Of a stretch of 64,000 nt of DNA, positions 10,044-21,277 are shown piece after piece. Positions within the stretch are counted from its first letter, which is position 1. Each line of letters begins with the position of its first letter. The stretch spans positions 1 to 64,000 of the forward strand of contig VRMN01000003.1 in the NCBI GenBank assembly GCA_008690995.1, in the 5' to 3' direction. The DNA comes from Porphyridium purpureum (lineage: Eukaryota). Made by a program: the position numbers and the translations under genes. The notes under the pieces were generated by a model. That model worked only from the letters and a program-made list of their open reading frames with translations, searched no databases and was not told the origin of the DNA.

Positions 10044-13000
10044 ATGGACGGACTCCGCCAGATGGACGTCAGGGTTTGGAGGCAACATGAGCAGAATATT
10101 AGCGCGAGACACGCGCACGGGGTAGCTCAGAATGCCCGGCTGCACGATCGTACCCTCGTTCAGGATGCGCCGCTTTGGCTTCCGTGTCCGGTCTCGCAAA
10201 CTCCGTCAGGTGGAGCACCAGCATTAGCCGCCGCGCTGACGGCATCAAAATGTCGCACAGATAACACGCAGGCAGAGAGCACACCCTTCGCGGTGATTCC
10301 TCCTCATGTGTCCATGGGGTCCGCCGCGGTATCAATTTCCGTGCCGTGTTCGTCGCCCGGGTTCCAGGTATCCAACGGTTTGCTCACGCAACGTCCTCAT
10401 GAATCAGAATCTCGATCAGGTACGGATGTAAGCGTGCCGCACGCTCATCTCTTTACTTATGAGGCAGCGAACGGATACACGCACAATGATTCCTCGAAAC
10501 GACTCCATTTCGCGCCGGATTGGCACAGAGACGCATCTTCCGAGCGGTCTGCCGTGGTTGTGAAATTACAGCTGGCCTTAAAAAGTTGCGAGATGATCGC
10601 TCGGCGCGGCAAGTGGGTTGCCGCGATTCAGCAGTGTGCCGAAATATTCAAAGATATGTTTCGCTTGTGCAAGGAATGCAATTCCTCATCACCGCCCGCC
10701 GCGTCACGGGCGCGGCGCATCGCGTTGTCAGAGCCGTCTACGGCGTCAGCGACAGATTTTGTGGCACTGGCACCGTGCACGAAGCCCACGCTGGATTTCA
10801 TCTTCTCCGCGGCGCGGCTGGTAACGGAGGAAAAACGCCTATTTCACGAGGCGCTTCGGCTCATGGGCATTTGCCAGCTTCTTGCAAAGCAGTATGGGCA
10901 GGCGCTCTTTTACCTCGACTTTGATCTGAAGATCGAGGAACGTGATTTCCTCTCCTTGCACGCACTCGGCCGAGCAGTGCATGAATCGACACCGGCCAAG
11001 GCCGGCATCGTGGTGGGCATCTTGCGGCGCGCACTCACGGAGCGTCATGTCTTTGACGAGCACGTGCGCGAGGTAGTGGCAAGCAGCGGGGACTGCGGCC
11101 TTGAGGGTGCAACTATGAAACATACCGGATTCCTTTGTGATGGCCTGTGTATGGGTACGGAACAGAGCATCAGGGAGTTGCTTGCTACCGTCCTGACAGA
11201 CATCGGCGTGAAGCTGAAAGCGGCGGAGCTGCCACTGGATGCGTTGCATGTGTATGTTGAAGCCGTACATGTTTTACCGACGTATGCGCGAGCATTTTAC
11301 AACATTGGCGTGGCGCACGCCGAGTTGGGCGTGGTACACATGGCGTTGGAGGCATACGAGCGGGCAGTGGCGTTGAGTCCAGACTTTGCGGAAGCGTGGT
11401 GCAACATGGGGGTGATTCACAAAGCGGCTGGCAACATTCCCAAGGCGGTGGAAATGTATGAGCGCGCGCTGTCCATTAATAGTAATTTTGAACTGGCGAA
11501 GCGGAACTTGTCTGTGGCGCTAAGCGATCTTGCGACGCTGATGAAACCGAACTCGATGAAACAAGTGATCGCCTTGTACAAGCGGGCACTCTCGTACAAT
11601 CCCGGCTGCGCAGAGATTCACCACAATCTGGGCGTGGCGTACTCCGAGGTATGCAAAGTGGAACGCGCCATTGCGTCGTACCAGCTCGCCACCTGTCTCA
11701 ATCCGAATTATGCTGAGGCACACAACAATCTGGGCGTGGTATACAAGGAGTGCGGCAATTATGAGCAGGCCATTGAGTGCTACAAGGCGGCAATTGCGAC
11801 CAATGCAAATCACTTCCAGGCGCACAACAATCTTGCGGTTGTGTACACTCTGTTGGGTACCATAAGCCTGGCAAAGCTGCATTTTCTTGCCGCTCTCAAC
11901 CAACACCCGTCGTACGCTGAAGCACAAAACAATCTCGGTGTATTGTTTCGAGAAGAAGGAGACATCCTCCGCGCCATCAGTTGCTACGATCGTTGCCTCG
12001 AGCTTGAGCCCAGCAATGACATGGCGGCCCAGAACCGCCTGCATGCGCTCAACTACGTGGAGGGATTGAGTACGAATGACATCTTTAAGGAGCACGAGAG
12101 CTGGGGTCGCCGTTTTCAGGAGCGAGTGGAAAGTGAACTGCGCACACGTGCTAACGGAGGTGATGAGGAGGCGCGAGCCGTACAATTCATGCGTAATCGC
12201 GTTCTCAAGGCCATTCGGCAGCCGAGGAGGAACGACGAGCGAAGACTGCGCATCGGCATTGTTTCGGCGGATTTTTTTACGCACAGCGTGTCGTACTTTG
12301 CGGAAGTCGTGCTTGCCGAGTTGAATCCAGAGAAGTTTGAGTTGTACGTGTACTCGAATGTGGCACGAGAGGACACAAAGACAAAGCGTTTCCAGGAGTT
12401 TGCCAATGTGATGCCCCGCTGGAAACGCGTCACGGGCATGAAAACGATTCCGTGCGCGGCGCTAATCCTGAACGACAATATCGACATCATGATCGAGCTG
12501 TCCGGCCACACGGCCGGGAACCGGCTGGATGTGATGGCGCTTCGGGTGGCTCCAGTGCAGATAACGTGGATCGGCTACCCAAACACGACGGGATTATCAT
12601 CCATTGACTATCGTGTCACTGATGCCGTGGTTGATCCGATTGACACACCGCAACTTTTCTCAGAACGACTGTATCGCTTGCCTCGAAGCTTCCTCTGCTA
12701 CACACCGATGGCCGATGCCCCAGAAGTGGATCGTACCCCACCTTGTGTGCGAGCAGGAGGGCTGATCACGTTTGGGAGCTTCAATATTCTGGCGAAAATG
12801 CAGTCGCAAACCGTTGCGCTGTGGGCCCGCGTTCTGCGTGAGGTGCCTGAATCTCGGCTCATGCTCAAATCAAAGGCGCTGGGCTGCGAAACGACAAAGC
12901 ATCGGATCGAGTCCATGTTCGAAGCGCACGGCATCGCGCCATACCGTCTTGACCTTGTTCCGCTAGTGCCATCGACCAGCTCGCATCTGGACATGTATGG

Positions 13001-13358
13001 CATGGTCGACATTTGTCTGGATCCATTTCCCTACGCGGGGACGACCACAACATGCGAAGCCCTCTTGATGGGCGTTCCGGTGGTTTCTTTGCGTACGAGT
13101 ACCTCCGACGCGTCGTTGCTGTCGCATGTACAGAATGTCGGACTGAGTCTTCTCACCAGTGTTGGTCATCCCGAATGGGTGGCTAGTACACCGGACGAAT
13201 ACGTCAGCATTGCACGCAGGCTGGCTGCAGACTCGTCTACGCTTGTTGCCATACGTTCGAGTCTGCGGGGCGACATGTTACGCAGCGCTCTGTGTGACCG
13301 GCCTGCGTACATGGCCGAGGTCCAAGACATGTTGCTCGACATCTGGGCGCAAGGTTAA
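10044..13358 (+). CDS. SPY: SPINDLY-type protein O-fucosyltransferase (TPR array plus GT41 domain); start uncertain
   Basis: About 9-10 TPRs (AEAHNNLGV); IGIVSADFFTHSV, IELSGHT, APVQITWIGYPNTTG, ITFGSFN, LDPFPYAGTTTTCEALLMGVPVV. Confidence 0.9.
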   Translation: MDGLRQMDVRVWRQHEQNISARHAHGVAQNARLHDRTLVQDAPLWLPCPVSQTPSGGAPALAAALTASKCRTDNTQAESTPFAVIPPHVSMGSAAVSISVPCSSPGFQVSNGLLTQRPHESESRSGTDVSVPHAHLFTYEAANGYTHNDSSKRLHFAPDWHRDASSERSAVVVKLQLALKSCEMIARRGKWVAAIQQCAEIFKDMFRLCKECNSSSPPAASRARRIALSEPSTASATDFVALAPCTKPTLDFIFSAARLVTEEKRLFHEALRLMGICQLLAKQYGQALFYLDFDLKIEERDFLSLHALGRAVHESTPAKAGIVVGILRRALTERHVFDEHVREVVASSGDCGLEGATMKHTGFLCDGLCMGTEQSIRELLATVLTDIGVKLKAAELPLDALHVYVEAVHVLPTYARAFYNIGVAHAELGVVHMALEAYERAVALSPDFAEAWCNMGVIHKAAGNIPKAVEMYERALSINSNFELAKRNLSVALSDLATLMKPNSMKQVIALYKRALSYNPGCAEIHHNLGVAYSEVCKVERAIASYQLATCLNPNYAEAHNNLGVVYKECGNYEQAIECYKAAIATNANHFQAHNNLAVVYTLLGTISLAKLHFLAALNQHPSYAEAQNNLGVLFREEGDILRAISCYDRCLELEPSNDMAAQNRLHALNYVEGLSTNDIFKEHESWGRRFQERVESELRTRANGGDEEARAVQFMRNRVLKAIRQPRRNDERRLRIGIVSADFFTHSVSYFAEVVLAELNPEKFELYVYSNVAREDTKTKRFQEFANVMPRWKRVTGMKTIPCAALILNDNIDIMIELSGHTAGNRLDVMALRVAPVQITWIGYPNTTGLSSIDYRVTDAVVDPIDTPQLFSERLYRLPRSFLCYTPMADAPEVDRTPPCVRAGGLITFGSFNILAKMQSQTVALWARVLREVPESRLMLKSKALGCETTKHRIESMFEAHGIAPYRLDLVPLVPSTSSHLDMYGMVDICLDPFPYAGTTTTCEALLMGVPVVSLRTSTSDASLLSHVQNVGLSLLTSVGHPEWVASTPDEYVSIARRLAADSSTLVAIRSSLRGDMLRSALCDRPAYMAEVQDMLLDIWAQG

Positions 13359-13497
13359 GACTGTACTTACTGTACCTCATCAGAAAAAAAGTGACATACA
13401 CGTGCTTACACTCATGGTAGAGGTAGGGTTTCTCGTCTGGTTGCGACTGCGCCAAACCAGGGCGGCGTGCGGTTTGGTTGGGGCTCGTGGCGTCAAG

Positions 13498-14205
13498 ATG
13501 GATAGCATACCGCGCGTGCCGAGCGGGCTGCTGGTGAGCACTGCGCTCGCGGCGCTGATAATACGTGCAGCGAGCGCCGGTAGTAGTGCGCTGAGCCTCG
13601 AGCTCATCAGCGGGCAGCGTCGGTGCTTCTACGAGGACTTGCCGTCTCACTCGGACGTGGCGATCGCGTACACAGTCGCGTCCAGCAGCACGTTCTCGAC
13701 GCTCAGCATACGTATAACCTACGGAACAGATCCTCATGATGTCGTCTTTTCAGGAAATGAGATCTCGCGAGACGCCACGCGCTTTCGTACCAAGGAACAC
13801 CCGGACCGAGACTTGGCCGCGTACAAGCTTTGCTTCTTCGAGCACGTGAGACCAGACAGTCTTGTCGTAGCACAGGCTGTGTGGTATATCGACGTCAGCA
13901 TGAAATGGGGCGCGCACGCAAAGGATACTGGCGCGAGCGCAGCAACCATGGGCAAGGATGTCGGTTCCCAGCAGCACCAGCTACAGAAAATCCTGCAGGA
14001 CGCGCAGGATGAGCTGGACGACGTTCTGACCAACTTGGACGCCATGCATGCACGCGAAAAATTGCTAGCTGAAGCAAATGAGGAGCTGAATGCAAAAGTG
14101 ACCATTTTTAGTATCATCTCGTGCGCTGTGCTGATTATGGGCAGCTTTTACCAGCGATTTCACATCTACAAGTATTTCAAGTCGTGCCGGATTCACTATC
14201 GCTAA
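13498..14205 (+). CDS. p24/emp24/gp25L family cargo receptor
   Basis: Signal peptide, GOLD domain with two Cys (RRCFYE...YKLCF), coiled coil, transmembrane helix and short basic tail. Confidence 0.8.
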   Translation: MDSIPRVPSGLLVSTALAALIIRAASAGSSALSLELISGQRRCFYEDLPSHSDVAIAYTVASSSTFSTLSIRITYGTDPHDVVFSGNEISRDATRFRTKEHPDRDLAAYKLCFFEHVRPDSLVVAQAVWYIDVSMKWGAHAKDTGASAATMGKDVGSQQHQLQKILQDAQDELDDVLTNLDAMHAREKLLAEANEELNAKVTIFSIISCAVLIMGSFYQRFHIYKYFKSCRIHYR

Positions 14206-14253
14206 CTCTACGCCAGTTAATGTACGTGCCACTGTAAAGGGAAGGCATTCATG

Positions 14254-15687
14254 TCAAGCGTCAAGCACCCTTGTCCACTCTTCCGCGAGCCGCTGCGCGC
14301 GTGAAACAAGCGCGGCTTCCACATCTGACCCAGGCACTAACGTACCGAAGTGCTCGCGATACAGTTTCATCTTGCGCAGGACCGCGCGATCGTAGGTCTC
14401 TTTCCGCAGAAGGTCTTGCTCCTCGGACAGCGCATCAACTTTGCTCTGCCATTCCGAGTCTGAGAGCATGTAATTTTCGGCTATCGAGTCGGCGTGACAT
14501 GCCACGTCAGCGTGCTTGGCAATCGGAATCCAGATGAATTTCTTTTCTTTTCTGAACCACTTGGCCTGGGCACCAGCATAGTTTCGCGACGCCGTTTTGA
14601 AGTCTGTCAGGTATTCGCGAAAGGCTTTGAGACGCTCCTCCTCATTTCCATCGGTGCAGACAAGCTTCGCTAGCTTTTCCAGAAATTCAATTGTTTGCCG
14701 ATACCCGATCGCTCTTCCGACGCTCGAATCTTTCATAAGCAGGCTATTGATACACAAGTGGCCCACCTCCTCCAGCAAGCCATTCTCGAGCATCTGTTCA
14801 CACCGGCGATCGATCCGCTCATATAGCGGCGTTCGTGGGCCGCTGATAAAGTAGCATTGGGACTCAAATGGACCATAACCCACGCCAGGCGCCTCTTGAC
14901 TCGCAATATCGCGCGTGACGTCCGGTCTCGCCAGGCCAGGTTGCTCCTTGATGAGGCGCGGCACAGCGCCAGAGTGCGAAAATGTGTCAAAGCTCTGACC
15001 TGTTTCCAAAAATATCTCCAGGCTTCGAGAAAGCCGATACCAATCGTTCCTGGTCATCTGCGATGCACGCACTGGATCACGATCAGCCAGAATCTTCAAT
15101 GCCTTGTCCCAGTCTCCGCCAGCACTGCCAATCATCGCGTCTGCTTCCGCACGCACTTTCGGATCGCTCGGAGGCGCGGCCGGCTTGCCAAAGACCAGCC
15201 AGCGAATGTACATCATGGTGCCGCCGACCACGATGGGCACGGCACCGCGCTGCAGCACATCATGGATCACCGCGACGGCAGCATCAAAGTACTGACCCGC
15301 ACTAATTGGCTTATCGCGCCGCAGCGACCAAGCATCCACGAGGTGGTGACGCACGGCGCGCTGCTCGTCCAGTGAAGGCTTGTTCGAACCGATAGTTAAT
15401 TCCTCGTAAACCTGCACGCTATCTGCTACCACAATCTCGGGCTGCAGTCCCCGACGCCGCATCTCGACCGCCACGGCCATGGCCAAGTCGCTCTTGCCAG
15501 AAGCCGTGGGCCCGGAGACCACGAGAATGCGCCGCGGGCTGCCCGCGCTCGCGCGCCCCTCCATCACAAGCTGGAGCGCTGCTGGGCGGCGGATCGAAAC
15601 GCTGCTGTGCAGTGGCACGAGCGCGCAGCGGCTAAGGCTTTGCCCAAGCTTATGTACGGGAGAGTGCCATGCGCAGAAACTCGCCAT
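14254..15687 (-). CDS. miaA: tRNA dimethylallyltransferase (MiaA-type, probably organellar)
   Basis: GPTASGKS, ADSVQVY, IGSNKP, HHL, VGGTMMY, AIGYRQ, RNYA..Q.KWFR. Confidence 0.92.
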   Translation of the reverse strand: MASFCAWHSPVHKLGQSLSRCALVPLHSSVSIRRPAALQLVMEGRASAGSPRRILVVSGPTASGKSDLAMAVAVEMRRRGLQPEIVVADSVQVYEELTIGSNKPSLDEQRAVRHHLVDAWSLRRDKPISAGQYFDAAVAVIHDVLQRGAVPIVVGGTMMYIRWLVFGKPAAPPSDPKVRAEADAMIGSAGGDWDKALKILADRDPVRASQMTRNDWYRLSRSLEIFLETGQSFDTFSHSGAVPRLIKEQPGLARPDVTRDIASQEAPGVGYGPFESQCYFISGPRTPLYERIDRRCEQMLENGLLEEVGHLCINSLLMKDSSVGRAIGYRQTIEFLEKLAKLVCTDGNEEERLKAFREYLTDFKTASRNYAGAQAKWFRKEKKFIWIPIAKHADVACHADSIAENYMLSDSEWQSKVDALSEEQDLLRKETYDRAVLRKMKLYREHFGTLVPGSDVEAALVSRAQRLAEEWTRVLDA

Positions 15688-15784
15688 GCCAGGCAACCAC
15701 TCGCAGAGACCATTCACATTAACAATGATATGTACTTTTAGAAGTCACTCTATTGCGCGCTCGCTCGGCAAGTGATCGCCCGCC

Positions 15785-16273
15785 TCACGCAGGGGACGGG
15801 TGCGAGCGTGCGCGAGGCCTGGGTGCTGAAATTCGCCCGCTGTCAAATCTTAATCGAGAGCGCTGGCTGTTCAGGTTGCTCTCCACCGGAACGCGCTGGG
15901 GAATAAAGGTTGGGCTGAGCAGCCCACCTCCGCCGCACCTTGGGCACCTTTCCTTCTTTGACCCCGCGCACTTCTCGCATCCTTGCTGCCTAGTTTTTGC
16001 TCCGGCTCCTGACCAGCGCGTGCACATGCACGGGACAAACCCTGTGCCTTCGCAGGTAGGGCACGGCACACCTTCGTCCTCCATCGACGGCCGCCGCTGC
16101 TGGTCCAGAAGGTTGTATATCAATCCCGCCAGCGCCGCGACGCCGGTCACTGCCAGCGTCGGTGACACAACAAAGCACGCCGGCGACCTGGGCGCTCCGA
16201 CCGATGCGACGCCGTGCCCGCCATTGCCACAGCTCACCGCTGCGTGCCGCTGTCCGTTCCGAACGGGCTGCAT
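15785..16273 (-). CDS. DnaJ-like cysteine-rich zinc-finger membrane protein
   Basis: One transmembrane segment, then CPTCEGTG, CMC, CEKCAGS, CPRCGGGG; no J-domain. Confidence 0.7.
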   Translation of the reverse strand: MQPVRNGQRHAAVSCGNGGHGVASVGAPRSPACFVVSPTLAVTGVAALAGLIYNLLDQQRRPSMEDEGVPCPTCEGTGFVPCMCTRWSGAGAKTRQQGCEKCAGSKKERCPRCGGGGLLSPTFIPQRVPVESNLNSQRSRLRFDSGRISAPRPRARSHPSPA

Positions 16274-17742
16274 GATAAATACTCTACCCCGACCACACAC
16301 CTTCCGCCGTCAAGAAACGCAGCCCTCTGCCTCGCCACCCGCTGATTGCCCACCTCTCTAGTCTGCAACAACCAAGCACGCGAGCCTAACCCCAGCCAAA
16401 GACACACCTAGCCGCAACCTTGTGACTCGAACACGTTCCGCAGTCTTTCCGCTCGTGCGAGATGCCGCTCCACCGACAGGCACCGTTCCACGTTCCGGAC
16501 TCCGCGCCACCTACTTATACCTCCAAGCCGCTTTCCCCCGTGTCGCTTTCTCGATCCCTCTTACACATCCAGCGCACGCTCACTCCGCTTTCCCGCAGCC
16601 TTCTCCCACCCTTCTTCCCCTCTGTCCCTGTCTCCTATAACACACCCCGAGGCTCTGCATCAGCCTGGCAGCTCTCTCTCTCTAAAAGCGCGTACCGCAA
16701 AGCCGAGTTGACATCAATCCGCCCCGTTTACTTAGAACCTGTTCTTCCACCGCACAAAAGCACTCAAACACACTCGCACGCCGATATGGCCGGACCACGT
16801 TTTTCAAAAATCGCTGTACCGTGTGCCGTGGGTTCTAAGCAATCAACCTCGCGTATGACCAACACGCGCGCCCCCCTCCCTACACACTCTATGCGCTCAT
16901 AGGGTTTTTATGGGAACTGTCTGTGTTTGTCTCTGTGCGTGTGTGTTTTGAGAACAGGAGTGTACCTAGGGGTACAGCTATTGTGAGGGGCGCCTATTTT
17001 TTGGTGGCGGAGGTGTAGTGTACAGTTGTGAGTGACACGGTCCGTTTCGTTTGAGAGTGCGTGCGTGCGTGTTGGTTAGCAGGTGTTCTTTTTTGGGGGG
17101 ATGGTTTGGTATGAAATTTTTGTTTGTTCCTTTTTACATGGGCGCGTTCTTGTGGGTGTATAGGAATGCAGCGGGATTGCATAGGAACGTTCGAGTTCTG
17201 TCGTCTGTGTGGGGTTGTGTCTGCTGCTGTATTCATCACGCAGTCTCGGTCGGATTTTTGGTGTGAAATCGGCACGGGTTTGGTAGTCTGGTTGGTTTGT
17301 TGAGCAGGTGTGCGCTTTTGTCGGGAATTGCAAGCCGAGGGATGGGGTGAGGGTTTGGGGATAAGGTGGTGTGTGTTGGGAAGAGGGGATACAAAGAAGG
17401 CGATCAAGATTGCGTAGGGAGAAGCCGGCCAAAGTGGCAAGCGGCAGCGAGGCGGATCGGGCGCGGTGGGCGTGGCGGGGGGTGCGTGCGGGTCGAGGGA
17501 AGGATATGAGAATTGATGCACCGCAGGCAAGGCCGCAGGTGCAACAGCGAACGCGCGAGGGGGGAGCCCAAACAAGCCATCTGTGATCGGGTGTGCATGC
17601 GCAAAGGTAGTCTTTACAAGCATTAGAGCGCGGGGTGGGTAGGCTTCACACTAAGGCGGAACGGGGCACGGAGAGAGGCCGACCGAGGGGTGGGGGTCAC
17701 GGCGCACAGTGAGGGAGCGGGTTTCGACGAGATAGTCGCGAG

Positions 17743-18255
17743 ATGGCGCGGAGGAGAAATCGGGAGGGTCCCGGTGTCGGCAAGGTCGTGGACGGAGTCA
17801 AGGTCGAGTTTGTGTATGCCGATGGAGCAAAGGACGATGTCCAGCTCTCTGGCGATTGGAATGATTGGAAAGCAATTCAAATGTTTCACGAGGGTGGAGG
17901 CATGTGGTCAGTGGTGACGCCGGTGCCTCCGGGTCCGCACGAGTTTAAATTTATTGTTGATGGCGAGTGGAAGCACTCCAACCGCCATCCGACAATTGGT
18001 ATTGACGAAACCTCGCTGAACAATGTTCGGTACGTTCTTCCGGAGCCGGATCTGAGTCAGGAGGGTATGGCGACGGGCGCCGGCGACCCGCGACAACGCG
18101 AACGTGGATCTGCGGCTCGACCAGGTGCCGCCAGCTCGGCACCTACATCAGCACCCTCATCTGCCGCGGCGCCCCCGGCTGCGGCCGCCACTGGCGTCGG
18201 TGGAGGTGTGGGCGGAACTGCGGCCAAAAAGAAAGGCATGTTTGGCGCCAAGTAA
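17743..18255 (+). CDS. Stand-alone CBM48 (AMPK-beta-type glycogen/starch-binding) protein
   Basis: VQLSGDWNDW...WSV...PPGPHEFKFIVDGEW...NN, followed by an Ala/Gly-rich tail. Confidence 0.85.
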   Translation: MARRRNREGPGVGKVVDGVKVEFVYADGAKDDVQLSGDWNDWKAIQMFHEGGGMWSVVTPVPPGPHEFKFIVDGEWKHSNRHPTIGIDETSLNNVRYVLPEPDLSQEGMATGAGDPRQRERGSAARPGAASSAPTSAPSSAAAPPAAAATGVGGGVGGTAAKKKGMFGAK

Positions 18256-19410
18256 GCTTATCTTCCGGGATACCGCTAGACGTGCCTTGATATCGTTCTA
18301 TATCATTTCAGAGGGGTGGGTGCCAAGCGTGTACTTTTTGGGGCGTTGTCGCGTGTTTCGGATCAGGCGATCAAACGGGAGGACACGCGCGCGGAAGCAT
18401 AAGCCTGCAAGAAAAGAAAGAGCAGAAGAAAGTAAACAGAAAGGTGAGCGGTCGGCGAAGGAAATGAGTTAGTACTCTGCGCTTCTTCGCGGGCCTGTGG
18501 GACTGACACTTATGAAATACACTTCGAAACCTGGCTCGAGTAAACCGCGTCACAGCAAATGCCCGTAAGAAGCAGGCACATTCCCTAAGCACGAAGAGTG
18601 TCCAGACTTAATGCAGAAGAAACCGCTACACATGTTTACTTGGACACAGTGGGCATCAACGCCGATTGCATGCTCTGGATCGCAAGCCCCTACTTCCATC
18701 TTCTTTCAACCGACAAGCATAAGCGCAATCATCGTTAGAGTGTTCATGATTACGAGTGGAACTGGGAAGTGAACAGAGAACACGGCGGCAGATGTACGGG
18801 TAGCCGAAGGTTACCGGAATTAAAACATTCAAGTGCCGGATTACGCACAAAGCAAGGCCACGATAGTCAGCATCCACACGTGCTCATGAAGACACGCCGA
18901 CTTCGATGCGTCCAAAACGTAGGGCAAGGAGTGCTCCAAACTTACCTGGCATAACTAATCGGATCGCCTTGAGAAGCTGCGCGATCTGTCGCTTAATACC
19001 TTGGTCGTGTTGAGTCGCTTCTTCGCTCAGCCCAACTGAAATGCGAAATATGTTGACCGGCATACGCGGACGAACAAGAGAAAGAAAGTAACAACAGCGC
19101 GCACGGGGTTATGATTGCGCTGGTCAGACTCCGCTCAAAATTGCTCAAAGAAGGAGATACCATGAAACAGGAAGGAGACGCAGACAGATGCTCCTTGCCT
19201 CGCCATGGTTCCCGCGCAACGTACCTTTGTCTAGAAACCGTTGCTCGTGAAGGATTGTGACCGAGTTGGCGAACAGCAGGAACGCTTGGAAGACAAGAAA
19301 GAGCGTTAGAGCCATTTGAACGTCCGTGCTGCCTGTTCAGACTGCGACGCGCACATCACCGCAATAGCGCCACGGTCGACATCCACAAAGTTTGATGTGC
19401 CGGCAGTTAC

Positions 19411-19717
19411 TGTTCGGAAACCTCGCTCTTCTGATGGACAACCTCCAATCCAACGACCAAGTTTATCAAGTTCTAAACGTATAACTTTTCCAACTCGCAC
19501 TCCCTACCGAAGCCCACCGCGCTCGCGCTCAGCACCGAGCTTCGCGCGCGACTTATAAGCCAACGGACCCATTCTCCTACGCTCCTACCGCCGGCCAACA
19601 ACCGCAGCCGAGAGTTTCCCTTCTCAAGTCACGTCCCTTATCAGTGATCAGCTTAACGGCTTAACGACTAAAAGTTAACCACTAACCGTTAACCGCCATG
19701 CTCCACACATCTTAACA
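19411..19717 (-). repeat. Copia 3' LTR
   Basis: TG...CA termini; matches 43099-43405 except at 3 positions. Confidence 0.95.
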
Positions 19718-20408
19718 CACTCCCTCCTTGGCGCGTGTTGTCATAAGCAACGTGTTTCGTGCTCGCGGAGCCGAGCAAGTTCGCACGGTGCTTTTCAAAG
19801 ACCTTGCCCTGGAGAGGTTTCGTTAACAGATCTGCGGTCAGATCTTCGGTTGGGCAATACACGACGCGTATGTCGCCTCTATCCGCTGCGTCGTGCACGA
19901 CGAAATACCGGATTCCGATGTGCTTTGTCCTCATGGAGGTTGGCTTGCCGTGTTTCATCAGCGCTATGGCAGAGTTGTTATCTTGAAGCAACACACTCTC
20001 TTTGAGCTCGAAGCCTTGATCGCGAAGGAACCGCGCCGTCCAAAGCACCTGCCCGAGACTGTCGCTGGCAGCGACAAGTTCGGCTTCTGTCGAACTTTTT
20101 GTCACAAGCTTCTGCTTGCTGCTCCTGGCGTACACAGCCCCGGTACCCAACGTGACCGAAGTCCCCGTGACCGACCTATAGTCGTCGCATGCACCGTACG
20201 ACGCGTCCGCACCGCAGACCACTGTTTTCTCCGTGCTCGCTCCAAGTCGCAGACCCATTTCTTGGGTGGCTGCCAAATACTTCATGACACGCTCCAGCTT
20301 TTGCCAATCGCGAATGTTCGGCTCGTGCACCCTCGTCGTCAGATACCCGACGGCCGTAAGGATGTCTGGCCTCACGCGTTTGGCTACGTACAACAGCTTC
20401 GCTGTCCA
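19689..20408 (-). pseudogene. pol: Copia pol fragment: end of RT and RNase H
   Basis: RVRPDI, ADASY, SSTEAELVA, QDNNSAI, RTKHIGIRY, ADLLTKPL. The stop lies inside the 3' LTR. Confidence 0.93.
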
Positions 20409-20493
20409 TGTTATCCGTTCGACCCCAGTCACCTAGAACGGTTCGGTTAATCCGAAACCGGTAAGCCGTTAAACCGGTAGACCGTTTAACCGT

Positions 20494-20608
20494 TTCTAGA
20501 AGCTTCTAGAGGTTCCAGAACCTTCTAGACGCGCGCAGAAATGCCAATGGTTTGCATTGTCATTTCTCTTGGCGCCTTGCTGTCCCTGGCGGAAGTAAGG
20601 GTATAAAA
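20494..20608 (+). promoter_or_regulatory. Heat-shock-element array and TATA box in the Gypsy A LTR
   Basis: TTCtaGAAgcTTCtaGAGgTTCcaGAAccTTCtaGAC at 20494-20530; TATAAAA at 20602-20608. Present in all four family A LTRs. Confidence 0.75.
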
Positions 20609-21277
20609 AGGCGACGCGCCTGCCCGGACTAGCCGGTCAGGTCTTGCTCGGAGAGAGAAGAGGTAAGAAGAAGACGCAGAGAGTAAAAAAAGGCACAGCA
20701 TTGGTAACATTTGGTATCATCGCTGGTTACCTGGGGTTGCTCTAAGGTTCTCTTAGAGTTTCTCTGGGGTTGCCTGGGTGGGAGAGTCTGCGGGTAAGGG
20801 GGTTCGAGTAAGTCGATCCGGAGGGTGCGACGGGTGGAAGCGGGTCTCAGTCTTGGCTGTACGATAGGCCTAGGCCTTGACGGCGGACTCGCTCTCTGCC
20901 TTAGCACGTATTAGTAGGCAAGAGCCGTAACGGTCAGCCTTCACTAGGATTCATCTTAGTGTCGCACGACCACCTTTGCGAAGGTAGGCGCCGAACACCT
21001 CCATACAAGATCGCATCTATAATCCCCGCCCCAGTGCAAAGGCCCGGGCCGCTCCCCATCCAGCGCAACAGAGGAGGATTGCTGTGTGCTTTGTTGTGTG
21101 TGCGTGAGCGGATTGCTGTGCGTGTGTGTGAGTGAGAGGACTGCTTCGTGTGTCGGTTCGTGTTCGTGAGGGCAATCGAAGCCCGTTCGTGTTGCGCGCA
21201 GCTGTTCGAGAGTGTGAGCAGCGGAGACTCGCTGTTTGTGTCGTTGTCGTCGTTGAGTGTGCTTGTTTCCAGAAAGC

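Noticed and set aside
16362..17742. Long GT/purine-skewed spacer with ORFs up to 209 aa
   Set aside because: Looks like UTR/promoter sequence of divergent genes; the translations are not protein-like.
18256..19410. Possible host gene interrupted by the Copia (joined to 43411-43700)
   Set aside because: No convincing continuous frame or motif across the reconstructed empty site.
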